Shown here piece by piece: positions 18,798 through 29,637 of a stretch of 64,000 bases of DNA. The DNA is taken from the IMG/VR virus record IMGVR_UViG_3300033571_012928, positions 2,586 to 66,585 of that record; one strand, 5' to 3'. The notes under the pieces are model-generated. The model had not been told where the DNA came from. It ran no database searches and worked only from the letters and a program-made list of their open reading frames with translations. Position numbers and translations under genes: made by a program. The DNA is from a virus. Numbering within the stretch: the stretch's first letter is position 1; the number at the start of each line of letters is the position of its first letter.

Positions 18798-19402
18798 TAA
18801 TAAGTATTTCAGGTAAAATAGGATCTGGTAAAGATACTATTGCTAAATTGATTCAGGAAATGTATCCTGAACAAAATTGGATCAATAAGAAATGGGCAGG
18901 TAAACTAAAAGAAGTAGCTTCATTGATTAGTGGAATTCCAGTAGAGAAGTTTGAAGATCAAGAATTTAAACAAACTTATATGTCATCAGAATGGGATACG
19001 TATTTACCTAATGTAGATCGACCGGAAAGAATGACAGTAAGAGACTTTTTACAGATTCTAGGTACAGAAGCTATGCGAGAAGGATTGCATAGAAATACTT
19101 GGGTTAATGCTTTATTAGCCGACTATAAACCTACTCAAATCATTGATAATGAGGGTATTGTTAGATCTGTATATCCTAATTGGATTATAACAGATACTAG
19201 ATTCCCAAATGAATTGCATGCTGTTAGACAAACAGGCTTAGTATGTACAATCAAAGTAGTTCGAGATCAACAAACGGATATAGGCGCGACACATTCATCA
19301 GAAACTGCATTGGATTATGTAAGTGATTGGGATATGGTCATTGAGAACAATGGTACAATTGAAGATTTAAAAAGTCAACTTTCTCAAATAATTTTTTGGT
19401 AA
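18794..19402 (+). CDS. deoxynucleoside monophosphate kinase (T4 gp1-like)
   Basis: P-loop ISGKIGSGKDTIAKLI matches T4 gp1 LSGVKRSGKDTTADFI. Confidence 0.7.
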   Translation: MIISISGKIGSGKDTIAKLIQEMYPEQNWINKKWAGKLKEVASLISGIPVEKFEDQEFKQTYMSSEWDTYLPNVDRPERMTVRDFLQILGTEAMREGLHRNTWVNALLADYKPTQIIDNEGIVRSVYPNWIITDTRFPNELHAVRQTGLVCTIKVVRDQQTDIGATHSSETALDYVSDWDMVIENNGTIEDLKSQLSQIIFW

Positions 19403-19431
19403 TACGAAACTTTTTCATTATCTTTATGTAA
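19394..19431 (+). promoter_or_regulatory. class-A promoter-like element
   Basis: TTTTGGTAATACGAAACTTTTTCATTATCTTTATGTAA. Confidence 0.4.
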
Positions 19432-20382
19432 ATGAGTAAGAGTTCATTATCGACATTGTTTAGAGCCGTCGCCCCCGAGAAGAAACCCGGAGATGTTACA
19501 ATATCATATAGTCAATTTTCAATGTGGGCTACATGTCCATTAAAATGGAAATTGAACTATGTAGATCGTTATAGACTCGGAGGGCCTTCCATCAATACGT
19601 GTTTCGGAACATCGTTTCACGAAACACTTCAATGGTATTTACATACCATGTATACAAAATCAGTTAAAGAAGCAGATCAATTAGATTTGCAATCATGTTT
19701 GTTAGAACAAATGCAAACAAATTATGTGTTAGATGTTGAAAGAAATAACAACGAACATTTTTCTAACAAACATGAATTAGCTGAGTTTTATAATGATGGC
19801 GTTGCTATTTTAGATTGGTTGAAGAAAAGGCGCGGTGATTACTTTAAAGCATCTGGGTATGAATTGATTGGTATTGAGTTGCCACTTTACATTCAAGCAT
19901 CTAAATCTAATACATGTGTTAAGATGAATGGATTTATTGATATAGTTATTCGTGATATTGTTAACGATAAAATTATTATCATAGACATTAAAACATCTAC
20001 CGGCGGATGGAATAAGTATCAAAAGAATGATAAGCTTAAAGCATCTCAATTGGTATTGTATAAGTCTTATTTCGCTGAACAATATGGATATGATGTAGAA
20101 AAGATTGACATTCAGTATTTTATTGTTAAACGTAAATTGATTGAAGACTTTGCTTATCCACAAAAAAGAGTTCAATTGTTTGAACCCGCATCTGGTAAGC
20201 CTACAAGAAAAAAGCTTCATATGGAAATTGATACGTTTGTAAGTACATGTTTCAATACCGACGGTAGTTATAATAAAGAAAACAATTACTTAGCCATTGC
20301 GGGCAAAAATGCTAAGAATTGTAAATACTGCGAATTTGCAGAGAGAGATGATCTTTGCCCAAAAGCAAATAGAATCAAATGA
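19432..20382 (+). CDS. PD-(D/E)XK nuclease, Cas4/RecB-like with Cys4 cluster
   Basis: GFIDIVIRD ... IIDIKTS is a D...D/ExK core; N-terminal Cys (CPLKWK) plus C-terminal CKYCEFAERDDLC follows the Cas4 Fe-S pattern. Confidence 0.65.
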   Translation: MSKSSLSTLFRAVAPEKKPGDVTISYSQFSMWATCPLKWKLNYVDRYRLGGPSINTCFGTSFHETLQWYLHTMYTKSVKEADQLDLQSCLLEQMQTNYVLDVERNNNEHFSNKHELAEFYNDGVAILDWLKKRRGDYFKASGYELIGIELPLYIQASKSNTCVKMNGFIDIVIRDIVNDKIIIIDIKTSTGGWNKYQKNDKLKASQLVLYKSYFAEQYGYDVEKIDIQYFIVKRKLIEDFAYPQKRVQLFEPASGKPTRKKLHMEIDTFVSTCFNTDGSYNKENNYLAIAGKNAKNCKYCEFAERDDLCPKANRIK

Positions 20383-20834
20383 TTACAAGATACCAAAAAA
20401 GTTTAGTTAAAGGAGATCCTGAAAAAATTAAAATAGCTATTATCGGATCCAGAATTTATGAGAACAAAAGAAAGATCAAAGATACTATTTTTAAACTAAA
20501 ACAAATGTTCGGCGATAAGTTAGAAATAGTATCTGGAGGTGCAGGATCGGGTGCGGATAAGTATGCTAAAAAATATGCATTGGAATTAGGCGTGGATTAT
20601 AAAGAGTTCAATCCTGCATTTACTAATAAGAATTTATATTCAGTAATGCCAGAGTCTTATTATGGTAAGCAATATCACGTAACGCAGTTATTCGCACGTA
20701 ATGAACTAATAGCGAAGTATTGTGATAAGATGATAGCATTTATTCATACAGCTTCGACAACTAGTGGATCCGATCATGCAGTAAAAATGGCACTCAAACA
20801 TAAAAAGCCAGTAGTAATTATAAACGAGTTATGA
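20379..20834 (+). CDS. DprA/Smf-like (SLOG superfamily) protein
   Basis: IAIIGSRIYENK...IVSGGAGSGADKYAKKYALELG resembles the DprA Rossmann-like GSR...SGxARGxD segment. Confidence 0.5.
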   Translation: MITRYQKSLVKGDPEKIKIAIIGSRIYENKRKIKDTIFKLKQMFGDKLEIVSGGAGSGADKYAKKYALELGVDYKEFNPAFTNKNLYSVMPESYYGKQYHVTQLFARNELIAKYCDKMIAFIHTASTTSGSDHAVKMALKHKKPVVIINEL

Positions 20835-21031
20835 TAAAATCTTATTTTAGTAAAAAGTTTGCAACCTACATGTTTAAATGGCAAGTAGGTTTTTTTGTAG
20901 CTGTACCATGTATGTATTTCTTTGGAGATATACTTCATTGGCCTCATTGGGCTACTACAGTTGCATTTCAATTTATTGGTTCATTAATATTTTGGCCAAT
21001 AGATAATTGGATTTTTAGAAAAAAGTCCTAA
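20831..21031 (+). CDS. small membrane protein
   Basis: Two hydrophobic helices. Confidence 0.45.
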   Translation: MIKSYFSKKFATYMFKWQVGFFVAVPCMYFFGDILHWPHWATTVAFQFIGSLIFWPIDNWIFRKKS

Positions 21032-21080
21032 AAAAGAACGGTTAAAGAACGGTTCGTTATATTTATTTAAGTAATCAGTT

Positions 21081-22466
21081 ATGAAGAAAAAGAAAATACT
21101 TTTATTATCGGATGACCTTCGAGTTCATTCAGGGATTGGAACTATGTCCCGTGAAATTGTTCTAAACACAGTTAAAGAATTTGATTGGATTCAATTAGCA
21201 GCTGCGATTCAACATCCTGAAACAGGAAAGATGTTTGATTTGTCAGAAGAAGTTGCTAAAGTAACTGGCGTAAAAGATGCTAACGTAAAATTAATTCCAT
21301 TTGATGGATATGGCAACCAAGATGTTGTTAGAGAGTTAATTGCAGTAGAACGTCCAGATGCTATTTTGCACTTTACCGATCCTAGATTTTGGGGTTGGCT
21401 GTATCAAATGGAACATGAGATTCGTCAAGAAATTCCGTTATTTTACTATACTATTTGGGACGATAATCCAGCTCCTAGATGGAATAGACCATTTTATGAA
21501 TCTTGCGATTTATTAATGTGCATTTCAAAACAAACTAAAGCTTTAGTTACTGATGTATTGAAAGATTCAAATTATCAGCCATGGCAAATTACTTATGTGC
21601 CTCATGGTATTCCTCACGATATTTTCTTTCCATTAAATGAACAGCATGAACAGTGGAATGAATTTCAAGAATTCAAAAAGAGAATGTTAGGTGAGAAAGA
21701 ATATGACTTTATTATGTTCTACAATGCTCGAAACATTCGTCGTAAACATACACCGGATCTAATGTTAGGTTTTGAAGAATTTGTAAGTTCATTACCAAAA
21801 GAAAAACAAGATAAGTGTTTAATGTTATTGCATACAGAACCTGTAGATGAAAATGGTACGGATCTAGTTGCTGTAGCTGAAGAATGTTGCAAAACATCAA
21901 AAGTTCAATTTACTAATATTAAGCCAATATCAACTAAAGAATTAAATTTCTTGTATAACATGTCTGATATTACTGCTAATATTGCTTCAAATGAAGGATT
22001 TGGATTAGGTACAGCTGAATCGGTAATGGCAGGTACTCCAATTATAGTTAATGTAACAGGTGGAATGCAAGACCAATGTGGATTTAAAAATGAATCAGGT
22101 GAGTATTTAACAGAAGATGATTATACTCCAGCATGGCCTACAAATGCTAATGGTACATATACAGAACATGGAGAATGGGTTAAACCAATCTTCCCTAAAG
22201 CACGAACATTACAAGGTTCGCCAATGACGCCTTATATATTTGATGACATTGCAGATTATCATGAAGCTGCTAGTGCTATTAAGTATTGGTATGAAAAAAC
22301 AGATTCTGAAAGAACAGAAGCTGGTCAAAAAGGACGTGACTGGATGTTATCAGTACAAACAGGTATGTCAGCAAAAGAAATGGGTAATCGATTTATCAAA
22401 GACATGAACGTTGCATTTGATAATTGGACACCAAGATCACGTTACGAATTAGTTACAGTAAAATAA
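21081..22466 (+). CDS. GT1-family (GT-B) glycosyltransferase
   Basis: EGFGLGTAESVMAGTPIIV is the GT1 EX7E / G-x-P signature. Confidence 0.65.
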   Translation: MKKKKILLLSDDLRVHSGIGTMSREIVLNTVKEFDWIQLAAAIQHPETGKMFDLSEEVAKVTGVKDANVKLIPFDGYGNQDVVRELIAVERPDAILHFTDPRFWGWLYQMEHEIRQEIPLFYYTIWDDNPAPRWNRPFYESCDLLMCISKQTKALVTDVLKDSNYQPWQITYVPHGIPHDIFFPLNEQHEQWNEFQEFKKRMLGEKEYDFIMFYNARNIRRKHTPDLMLGFEEFVSSLPKEKQDKCLMLLHTEPVDENGTDLVAVAEECCKTSKVQFTNIKPISTKELNFLYNMSDITANIASNEGFGLGTAESVMAGTPIIVNVTGGMQDQCGFKNESGEYLTEDDYTPAWPTNANGTYTEHGEWVKPIFPKARTLQGSPMTPYIFDDIADYHEAASAIKYWYEKTDSERTEAGQKGRDWMLSVQTGMSAKEMGNRFIKDMNVAFDNWTPRSRYELVTVK

Positions 22467-22467
22467 T

Positions 22468-23742
22468 ATGGAAAAACGAATAACAGTTGTAGTACAGTCG
22501 CCGATCGCTACTAGATCGGGATATGGAGAAAGATCTCGAGATTTTGTTAGAGCATTAATTGCATTAGACAAATACGATGTAAAACTTATTCCGACTCGTT
22601 GGGGTAGTACGCCGATGAATGTATTATCAGAATCAGATACGGATATCACATCTAGAATAGTTACTCAATTAACCGAGCAACCGGATGTATACATTCAAAT
22701 TACTATTCCTAATGAATTCCAGGCTATTGGTAAGTATAATATCGGCGTAACAGCTGGTATTGAAACAACCCAATGTTCGCCTCAGTTTTTAGAAGGATGT
22801 AATAGAATGAACTTAGTATTGGCTTCATCGGAACATACTAAGTGGGTATTTGAAAACAGTAAGTATGATATCATGAATGAACAAACAAAACAAAAGGTAG
22901 GTGAATTAAAATTAACTACGCCAGTTGAGGTATTGTTCGAAGGTATTAACTTAGATATATTCAAGAAATTAGATTCTGTTGGTAATACTGAATTAAACAA
23001 AACAATGGCAGGTATTAAAGAAGACTTTTGCTATTTGTTTGTAGGACATTGGTTGCCAGGAGATTTTGGTGAAGATAGAAAAAATGTATCAGGATTGATT
23101 CGTACATTCTTTGAAGCATTTAAGAATAAAATGAATCCACCGGCATTGGTATTAAAGACTTCATTAGGAGCTCCATCTATTATGGATAGGTTAGAAATTG
23201 AAAAGAGAATCAAACTTATTAAACAAAGTGTTGATGCTAAATCATTGCCTCCAATTTATTTGATTTACGGAGATTTAACCGATCAAGAAATGAATGAACT
23301 TTATAACCATCCTAAGGTTAAGGCACATGTATCGTTCACAAAAGGCGAAGGATTTGGACGTCCATTAGCAGAAGCTGCTATTACGGGTAAGCCAATTATG
23401 GTTTCTGATTTTTCAGGACATAAAGATTTCTTACCGGATGATATGATATACTACATACCAGGTCAAATGACAAATGTTCATCCATCTGCTGCAAATGATT
23501 GGTTAATGAAAGAAGCTCAGTGGTTTACAGTAGACTATGGATATGCAATAGGATTGTTTAAAGACATTGAAAAGAACTATAAAAAGTCTTTAGAAAAGTC
23601 TAGAAAAACATATCATCATATTAAAACTAATTTTTCCTTTGATAAAATGAAAGAAAAATTAGGTTCTATCTTAACTGAAAGATTACCAGAGTTTCCTAAG
23701 CAGGTACAATTGAAACTTCCTAAACTAAAGAAGGTAGAATGA
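22468..23742 (+). CDS. GT1-family (GT-B) glycosyltransferase
   Basis: GEGFGRPLAEAAITGKPIMVSD GT1 signature. Confidence 0.65.
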   Translation: MEKRITVVVQSPIATRSGYGERSRDFVRALIALDKYDVKLIPTRWGSTPMNVLSESDTDITSRIVTQLTEQPDVYIQITIPNEFQAIGKYNIGVTAGIETTQCSPQFLEGCNRMNLVLASSEHTKWVFENSKYDIMNEQTKQKVGELKLTTPVEVLFEGINLDIFKKLDSVGNTELNKTMAGIKEDFCYLFVGHWLPGDFGEDRKNVSGLIRTFFEAFKNKMNPPALVLKTSLGAPSIMDRLEIEKRIKLIKQSVDAKSLPPIYLIYGDLTDQEMNELYNHPKVKAHVSFTKGEGFGRPLAEAAITGKPIMVSDFSGHKDFLPDDMIYYIPGQMTNVHPSAANDWLMKEAQWFTVDYGYAIGLFKDIEKNYKKSLEKSRKTYHHIKTNFSFDKMKEKLGSILTERLPEFPKQVQLKLPKLKKVE

Positions 23743-24344
23743 AAATAAGTTACGCAGTAACTGTTTGTAACGAAATCAATGAAATTCAAGAATTAATACC
23801 TCATCTTTTGGAATTTAAGCGTTCCCAGGATGAGGTAGTTGTTCTGTATGATAATAATGGAACAAAAGAAGTATTTGATTATTTACAATCAGTTGAAGGG
23901 ATCAAATTAGTATGGGACAATTTCGATGGTCACTTTGCTAATTGGAAAAACAAACTAAACTTGCTTTGCAGTGGCGATTATATTTTTCAGTTAGATGCTG
24001 ATGAATTAGTAAGTCATGCTTTTATTGAGGTACTACCTGAACTGTTAGAAGAAAATTCAGATTGTGATTTATTTTGGGTACCTAGAAGAAACATCGTTCT
24101 AGGACTAACTCAAGCACATATTGATAAATGGGGTTGGAATGTAAATGAAGAAGGCTTAGTTAATTGGCCTGATCCTCAATCTAGAATTTACAGAAATTCA
24201 GAATCAATTCATTGGGAAAACAAAGTACATGAAAAAATTGTAGGTATTAAAACAGTAGCTGTATTGCCAGCCGAGTTTAATATTTTACATGTTAAAGATA
24301 TCGAACGTCAAGAAAGACAAAACAATTATTACAGTACACTATGA
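23739..24344 (+). CDS. GT2-family glycosyltransferase
   Basis: N-terminal ISYAVTVCNE ... and a QLDADE-type DxD. Confidence 0.55.
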   Translation: MKISYAVTVCNEINEIQELIPHLLEFKRSQDEVVVLYDNNGTKEVFDYLQSVEGIKLVWDNFDGHFANWKNKLNLLCSGDYIFQLDADELVSHAFIEVLPELLEENSDCDLFWVPRRNIVLGLTQAHIDKWGWNVNEEGLVNWPDPQSRIYRNSESIHWENKVHEKIVGIKTVAVLPAEFNILHVKDIERQERQNNYYSTL

Positions 24345-25180
24345 TAGAATCTCCAATTACGTTTTGTATATCTACATACAACAACCTAGAATACTTAAAA
24401 TTAGCCGTCGAGTCAGTTCGAACCTATAGTTACTTTAAAGATGCTCCGTTTGTTGTTTATGCAGAAAATTGTACTGATGGTACAAATGAATGGCTAGAAA
24501 GCAATGAATATGATTTAGAGTATTACATTGAAACCAATGAAGTAGCAAAAGGCATTGGCGGTGGCATGAATATTTGTGCCGAAATGGTTCGAACTAAATA
24601 TATTATGTTTTTACATAGTGACTTTTACGTAAGTAGATATTGGGATAAGATGTGCTTAGACGAACTAAGTAAACATGAGTCTACGCCTACTTGGGTATTT
24701 AGTCACAGAGTTGAACCTGATATGTTCGGATCTCCTAGTAGACCAGGTACGATCATTTTACCTCAAGAAGCATTTGGTGCATACTATGATGATTTTCGAG
24801 CTGCAGAGGCTGAAGCATGGATGTATGAATTTGGTTTAATGAATAACTTTACAATTCCAAAAGCTGAAGGAGTATCTGGATTGATATCTAAAGCCGATTG
24901 GGATAGAATAGGAGGTAACGATCCTCAGTTCGCTCCAACATCATGGGAAGATATGGATCTATTCTTAAGAATGCATAAAGCAGGATATCAATTCATTTTA
25001 ACATCCAAATCAGTAGTATGGCACTTCGGTGCTAGGGGCAGTCATAGACTAGAGGAGAATAATGGCCAATCTGACTTACGTCAGGTCAGTACAGAACGTA
25101 TAAACCAGGAAAAATTCTATAAGAAATGGGGTGGATTTCCTGTATTTAATGAATATGGATTAATAGTAGGAGTACAATGA
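24341..25180 (+). CDS. GT2-family glycosyltransferase
   Basis: FCISTYNNLEYLKLAVESV N-terminal GT-A pattern. Confidence 0.55.
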   Translation: MIESPITFCISTYNNLEYLKLAVESVRTYSYFKDAPFVVYAENCTDGTNEWLESNEYDLEYYIETNEVAKGIGGGMNICAEMVRTKYIMFLHSDFYVSRYWDKMCLDELSKHESTPTWVFSHRVEPDMFGSPSRPGTIILPQEAFGAYYDDFRAAEAEAWMYEFGLMNNFTIPKAEGVSGLISKADWDRIGGNDPQFAPTSWEDMDLFLRMHKAGYQFILTSKSVVWHFGARGSHRLEENNGQSDLRQVSTERINQEKFYKKWGGFPVFNEYGLIVGVQ

Positions 25181-25824
25181 AAACAGTAGCTATTTTCGGA
25201 GGAACAGGCGGATTAGGTAGTCAGTTAGTTCCTATGTTACAGGAAAAATATAACGTTATAGCATTAGGTTCAAAAGATATAGATGTAACTAGTTTTACAG
25301 CTGTAAATGAATTTTTTAACTCTCATGCTATTGATATTGTCATTAACTTAAGTGGATATAATTCAGATAGTTTTTTACATAAATACAATGAATCAAATTA
25401 TCATGCAATACAAAAGCAAGTTGATATCAATATTATGGGTACGATTAACATCGCAGTTGCATGTATAAATCATATGCGACGTAACAACTACGGTCGTATC
25501 ATATTAACATCATCAGTGCTAGCCGATCATCCCGTAGTTAGTACTAGTATCTATGCTGGATGTAAAGGATTCATAGATAGTTTAACTAAAACAGTAGCTA
25601 TCGAAAATGCAGGTAAAAATGTTACATGTAATAGTTTACAATTAGGATACTTTGATGGAGGATTGACATATAAAATACCAGAAGAATTCCGTAATAATGT
25701 TAAAGAAACAATACCAGCAAAACGTTGGGGTTCGATTGAAGAATTATATAATACAATTGAGTTCATTATAAATACAGGATATTATACAGGTCAAAATGTT
25801 AACATAAGTGGAGGAATCATTTAA
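25177..25824 (+). CDS. short-chain dehydrogenase/reductase (SDR)
   Basis: VAIFGGTGGLGSQL glycine-rich NAD(P) motif and YAGCK (YxxxK) catalytic motif. Confidence 0.75.
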   Translation: MKTVAIFGGTGGLGSQLVPMLQEKYNVIALGSKDIDVTSFTAVNEFFNSHAIDIVINLSGYNSDSFLHKYNESNYHAIQKQVDINIMGTINIAVACINHMRRNNYGRIILTSSVLADHPVVSTSIYAGCKGFIDSLTKTVAIENAGKNVTCNSLQLGYFDGGLTYKIPEEFRNNVKETIPAKRWGSIEELYNTIEFIINTGYYTGQNVNISGGII

Positions 25825-26675
25825 TGGAAACTTATCAGGATCTATTTAATAATGTTAATATCACTGCAAAGGAACTTAACATAGGTAACAATGTTAAATT
25901 CGGTAAAGATGTTAAAATCAATGTTCGTGGTAAACTTACTATTGGCGACAATAGTATTATCGGTGATAGGTTCAATGCCAATGCCGAAAACATTGAATTA
26001 GGTGAGTATTTTTATAATGGACCTACAGATAGTCGTGGAATGAATATCGGCGGCGGAAGTTCGAACTTCCCATATGCAAATCTAAAGATAGGCAGTGGTA
26101 TGGTATGTCATACCGGTCATATAAATTTAGCCGATACTGTTACTATAGGCAATGACGTAGGATTATCACATGATGTAGATTTAATCACTCATGGCTTTTG
26201 GTATAATGTATTGGATGGATATCCTAGAACGTTTAAGGGCATTATAATAGGCAATAATGTAATAGTAGGATGGAAGTCTATTATAATGGCAGGAGTTGAT
26301 ATTTGTGATAATGTAGTAATAGGATCTCATTCTACAGTTACAAAGTCATTAACTACTAGTAAAGCTATCTATGCGGGCTCGCCATGTAAATTGATTAAAA
26401 CAATTGAAGAACCATCAATGTCAGAAAAAGACATAATGTTAGATGGTATTGTAGATGACTTTAAAAAATTAATGTCATATTATGATATACCAGAGTTTAC
26501 AATTCATCATGAGTATCCTAAATTGTATATTAACAAATTAGAAATAGATTTAGTTGATTTTAGTTACAAAGGCGAACATGACGAAATAACAGATGCATTT
26601 AGAGACTTTGCCAGAAGATATGGCATTCGAGTGTATGCACCTCAAGGTTATAAATTTAATTTAACAAGAAAATGA
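25824..26675 (+). CDS. hexapeptide-repeat (LbH) acyl/acetyltransferase
   Basis: Repeated [LIV]-G-x-x-x-x hexads: IGNNVIVGWKSIIMAGVDICDNVVIGSHSTV. Confidence 0.7.
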   Translation: METYQDLFNNVNITAKELNIGNNVKFGKDVKINVRGKLTIGDNSIIGDRFNANAENIELGEYFYNGPTDSRGMNIGGGSSNFPYANLKIGSGMVCHTGHINLADTVTIGNDVGLSHDVDLITHGFWYNVLDGYPRTFKGIIIGNNVIVGWKSIIMAGVDICDNVVIGSHSTVTKSLTTSKAIYAGSPCKLIKTIEEPSMSEKDIMLDGIVDDFKKLMSYYDIPEFTIHHEYPKLYINKLEIDLVDFSYKGEHDEITDAFRDFARRYGIRVYAPQGYKFNLTRK

Positions 26676-27304
26676 AATTTTTGAATTTTAATAGGGTACT
26701 TTGTTTAAGCCCACATCCAGATGATGTTGAATACAGTATGTCAGGTACGGTGTTAAAATACAGTGATACTAGATTTGATATTCTGTGTTTAACTCAAGGC
26801 GGAGACTGCGACTCAACTACTAGTAAAGAACGACTGCAAGAAGTATTAGATGCATGGTCGGTTAGTGAAGCAGATAACTATACGTTATTGTTTAGTGATG
26901 CAAAGTTTTTACGAGATAAGGATATAGACCAATGGGTTAATTACATTGAAACTAACTTTACTAATCTATATGAATATGATTGTATCATGACTACATCTGA
27001 CTGTGACAGTCACTTTGAACATATTATTGTAAGTAGTTTAGCTGCACCGTTAGCTAGAATCAAACCATATAGTATAATTCAATACAGATCTCCATCTACA
27101 TTAGAAAAATGGACACCAAATTTATTTGTTTCTTTGAAAGAATTCTATTATATTAAATGTAATATGCTTAAGCAATTTATATCGCAACAATCTAAGCCTT
27201 ATTTTTCTGAAGATGTATTGAATGGGTTTCATACAAATTTTCAGTGTATGAAGAAAGGTAAAGGTTATATCGAATCTTATAAAATTATAACATCATATGA
27301 ATAA
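26672..27304 (+). CDS. PIG-L/LmbE-family N-acetylglucosaminyl deacetylase
   Basis: LCLSPHPDDVEYSMSGT is the LmbE HPDDE-type motif. Confidence 0.7.
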   Translation: MKFLNFNRVLCLSPHPDDVEYSMSGTVLKYSDTRFDILCLTQGGDCDSTTSKERLQEVLDAWSVSEADNYTLLFSDAKFLRDKDIDQWVNYIETNFTNLYEYDCIMTTSDCDSHFEHIIVSSLAAPLARIKPYSIIQYRSPSTLEKWTPNLFVSLKEFYYIKCNMLKQFISQQSKPYFSEDVLNGFHTNFQCMKKGKGYIESYKIITSYE

Positions 27305-28079
27305 AATAGTAATTTACTGTAAGTCATATGATAAAGATGTTCATAGGGCTAAAAAACTATTAGACAGTGTTAATGAATTTAACAAAGACAACATTCCATT
27401 TTATATATCAGTACCTGAAAAAGATCTTGAACTATTTAAAACGGTATTAGGTGAGGATGTTAATATTATAACAGATGAATCGATTGATACATCTAATCAA
27501 GGATGGAAAGGGCAGCAAATTGTTAAAAGTCAATTTTGGAAATTAGGATTGTGTGAAAATTATCTATGTGTAGATTCAGATTGTTTTTTTATAAAGCCAT
27601 TTTACATTAGTGATTTTATGTTTGATGGCGAAACGCCGTATACGGTTTGTCACGAATATAAATCATTTTTCGAGTTCATGGATAAGTTTCCATTGAACTT
27701 TGATCCGTATCAGTCATTTGCAAATGAACGTTTACAAATAATGGAAATATTTGGAAGAACAGGTGCAATTTACGATTTCGGACCTGGTCCTACCATATGG
27801 TCTAGTAAGGTTTGGCAATCATTGGAAGATGAATATATCGTACCTAATAACATTACATTTGCAGATCTAATAGAAGCAAATGGTTCGGAATTTACTTGGT
27901 ATGGTGAGTGGTTATTACATAGTCAAGCAATTCGTTTAATGCCTAAAGGTCCTTTATTTAAAAACTATCATTATCCGCATCAATACGATTTCGATAAGCA
28001 TTATCAGTATAACATAGAGAAGATTTCAAAGTTGTACTTGGGAATTGGATTGCAATCAATATATGACTTTAATATATGA
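27297..28079 (+). CDS. hypothetical protein in glycan island
   Basis: ORF, translationally coupled. Confidence 0.5.
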   Translation: MNKIVIYCKSYDKDVHRAKKLLDSVNEFNKDNIPFYISVPEKDLELFKTVLGEDVNIITDESIDTSNQGWKGQQIVKSQFWKLGLCENYLCVDSDCFFIKPFYISDFMFDGETPYTVCHEYKSFFEFMDKFPLNFDPYQSFANERLQIMEIFGRTGAIYDFGPGPTIWSSKVWQSLEDEYIVPNNITFADLIEANGSEFTWYGEWLLHSQAIRLMPKGPLFKNYHYPHQYDFDKHYQYNIEKISKLYLGIGLQSIYDFNI

Positions 28080-28933
28080 GTAAAGTTTTAGTAACAGGCG
28101 GGACAGGATTTGTAGGATCCAATTTGGTTAAACGACTTAAGCGAGATAATCATGAAATAGTAGTAATAGATAACTATAGCGCAGGTAAACATGAAAATGA
28201 AATAGAAGGCGTAACATATATTGATGATGAAACAAAAAACATTAACATTATACAATTACCATTTATTCCTGAAGTAGTATTTCATTTAGGTGAGTATTCT
28301 AGAATACATCCTTCATTTGAAGAATATGAACGTGTATGGCAATATAATGCACATGGTACATTTCAGGTATTGCATTTCTGTAATAAACATAGAATTAAAA
28401 TTGTATATGCCGGATCTAGTACAAAGTTTGCTCATGAAGGTGTATTACATTCTCCATATTCATTTACTAAGGCTACTAATATTGAATTTATCAAAGGCTT
28501 TTGTAAATGGTATGACTTAAAGTATTCTATATGTTATTTCTATAATGTATTTGGTCCAGGATATGACAGTAGTCCAGTTAAAGGATTTGAATCTGTAGTT
28601 AGTGTATTTGAAAAACAATACAAATCAAATCAACCATTAACAGTTTCTGGAGACGGGTCTCAACAAAGAATGTTTACATATGTAGAAGATATCGTAGATG
28701 GATTAGTTAAATCATGGAGTTATGAAGCAAATGAAGAATTTGAATTAGCAAATACAAATCTATACAGTATTTTAGATATAGCTAAAATGTTTACTGATAA
28801 TATTGTATTTGTAGAATCTAGAAAAGGTGATAGGGACAATAGTATAGTTCATAATATTGATAAAACAAAAGAACTATTAAATTGGTCTACTACAATGAAT
28901 ATTGAAGAATGGATTAGTAAAATTAAACAGTAA
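28076..28933 (+). CDS. NAD-dependent sugar epimerase/dehydratase
   Basis: VLVTGGTGFVGSNLV Rossmann motif; extended-SDR length. Confidence 0.7.
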   Translation: MSKVLVTGGTGFVGSNLVKRLKRDNHEIVVIDNYSAGKHENEIEGVTYIDDETKNINIIQLPFIPEVVFHLGEYSRIHPSFEEYERVWQYNAHGTFQVLHFCNKHRIKIVYAGSSTKFAHEGVLHSPYSFTKATNIEFIKGFCKWYDLKYSICYFYNVFGPGYDSSPVKGFESVVSVFEKQYKSNQPLTVSGDGSQQRMFTYVEDIVDGLVKSWSYEANEEFELANTNLYSILDIAKMFTDNIVFVESRKGDRDNSIVHNIDKTKELLNWSTTMNIEEWISKIKQ

Positions 28934-29634
28934 TGAAGCAAATACCAATAGTAATCTTAAACAAAGACAGATTAGAACCATTAAAACTTCTAGTAGATGC
29001 AATGCGATCTAGAGACTATAATAACATTATAGTAATTGATAATCAATCTACATATCAACCTTTATTGGATTGGTATAAAGAATCTGGATTGGATGTATTT
29101 TATAATGACATTGAAGCTACTAAATTCGATAATGGTACGTTTTATCGATTATCATATGAACTTCAACATCCTAAATTTGCGAGTATTATACAAGACTATT
29201 ATGTATTTACTGATTCGGATGTAGTACCTGTAGAATCTATACCATATGACTTTATTGATAATATGATATCCATAGTAAACAAGTATCAGTTACATAAAGT
29301 AGGATTAGGATTAAAGATAGATGACTTGCCAAATGTAGCTACTACAGAACATGTAGTTAATACAGAAAGTCAGTATTGGACGAATAGATTAGATGATGAG
29401 TATGTACTATTTAAAGCACCTGTAGATACTACGTTCGCAGTATATGCTCCTAATACATTACCTATTTGGAGTGACTTTAGTCTTCGAATGGGAGGTGATT
29501 ATGTAGCAAAACATATGCCATGGTATTATGATACTAATAACTTACCTGAGGATGAATTGTATTATCTAACACATCTTCAGTACGGTCGTGGGCCGGTTTA
29601 TTCTATTCAAGTAAAAGAAATGATCAACAAATAA
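28933..29634 (+). CDS. hypothetical protein, possible GT-A glycosyltransferase
   Basis: IPIVILNKDRLEPLKLLVDAM resembles a GT2 N-terminus; TDSDVVP DxD-like. Confidence 0.4.
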   Translation: MKQIPIVILNKDRLEPLKLLVDAMRSRDYNNIIVIDNQSTYQPLLDWYKESGLDVFYNDIEATKFDNGTFYRLSYELQHPKFASIIQDYYVFTDSDVVPVESIPYDFIDNMISIVNKYQLHKVGLGLKIDDLPNVATTEHVVNTESQYWTNRLDDEYVLFKAPVDTTFAVYAPNTLPIWSDFSLRMGGDYVAKHMPWYYDTNNLPEDELYYLTHLQYGRGPVYSIQVKEMINK

Positions 29635-29637
29635 TTT

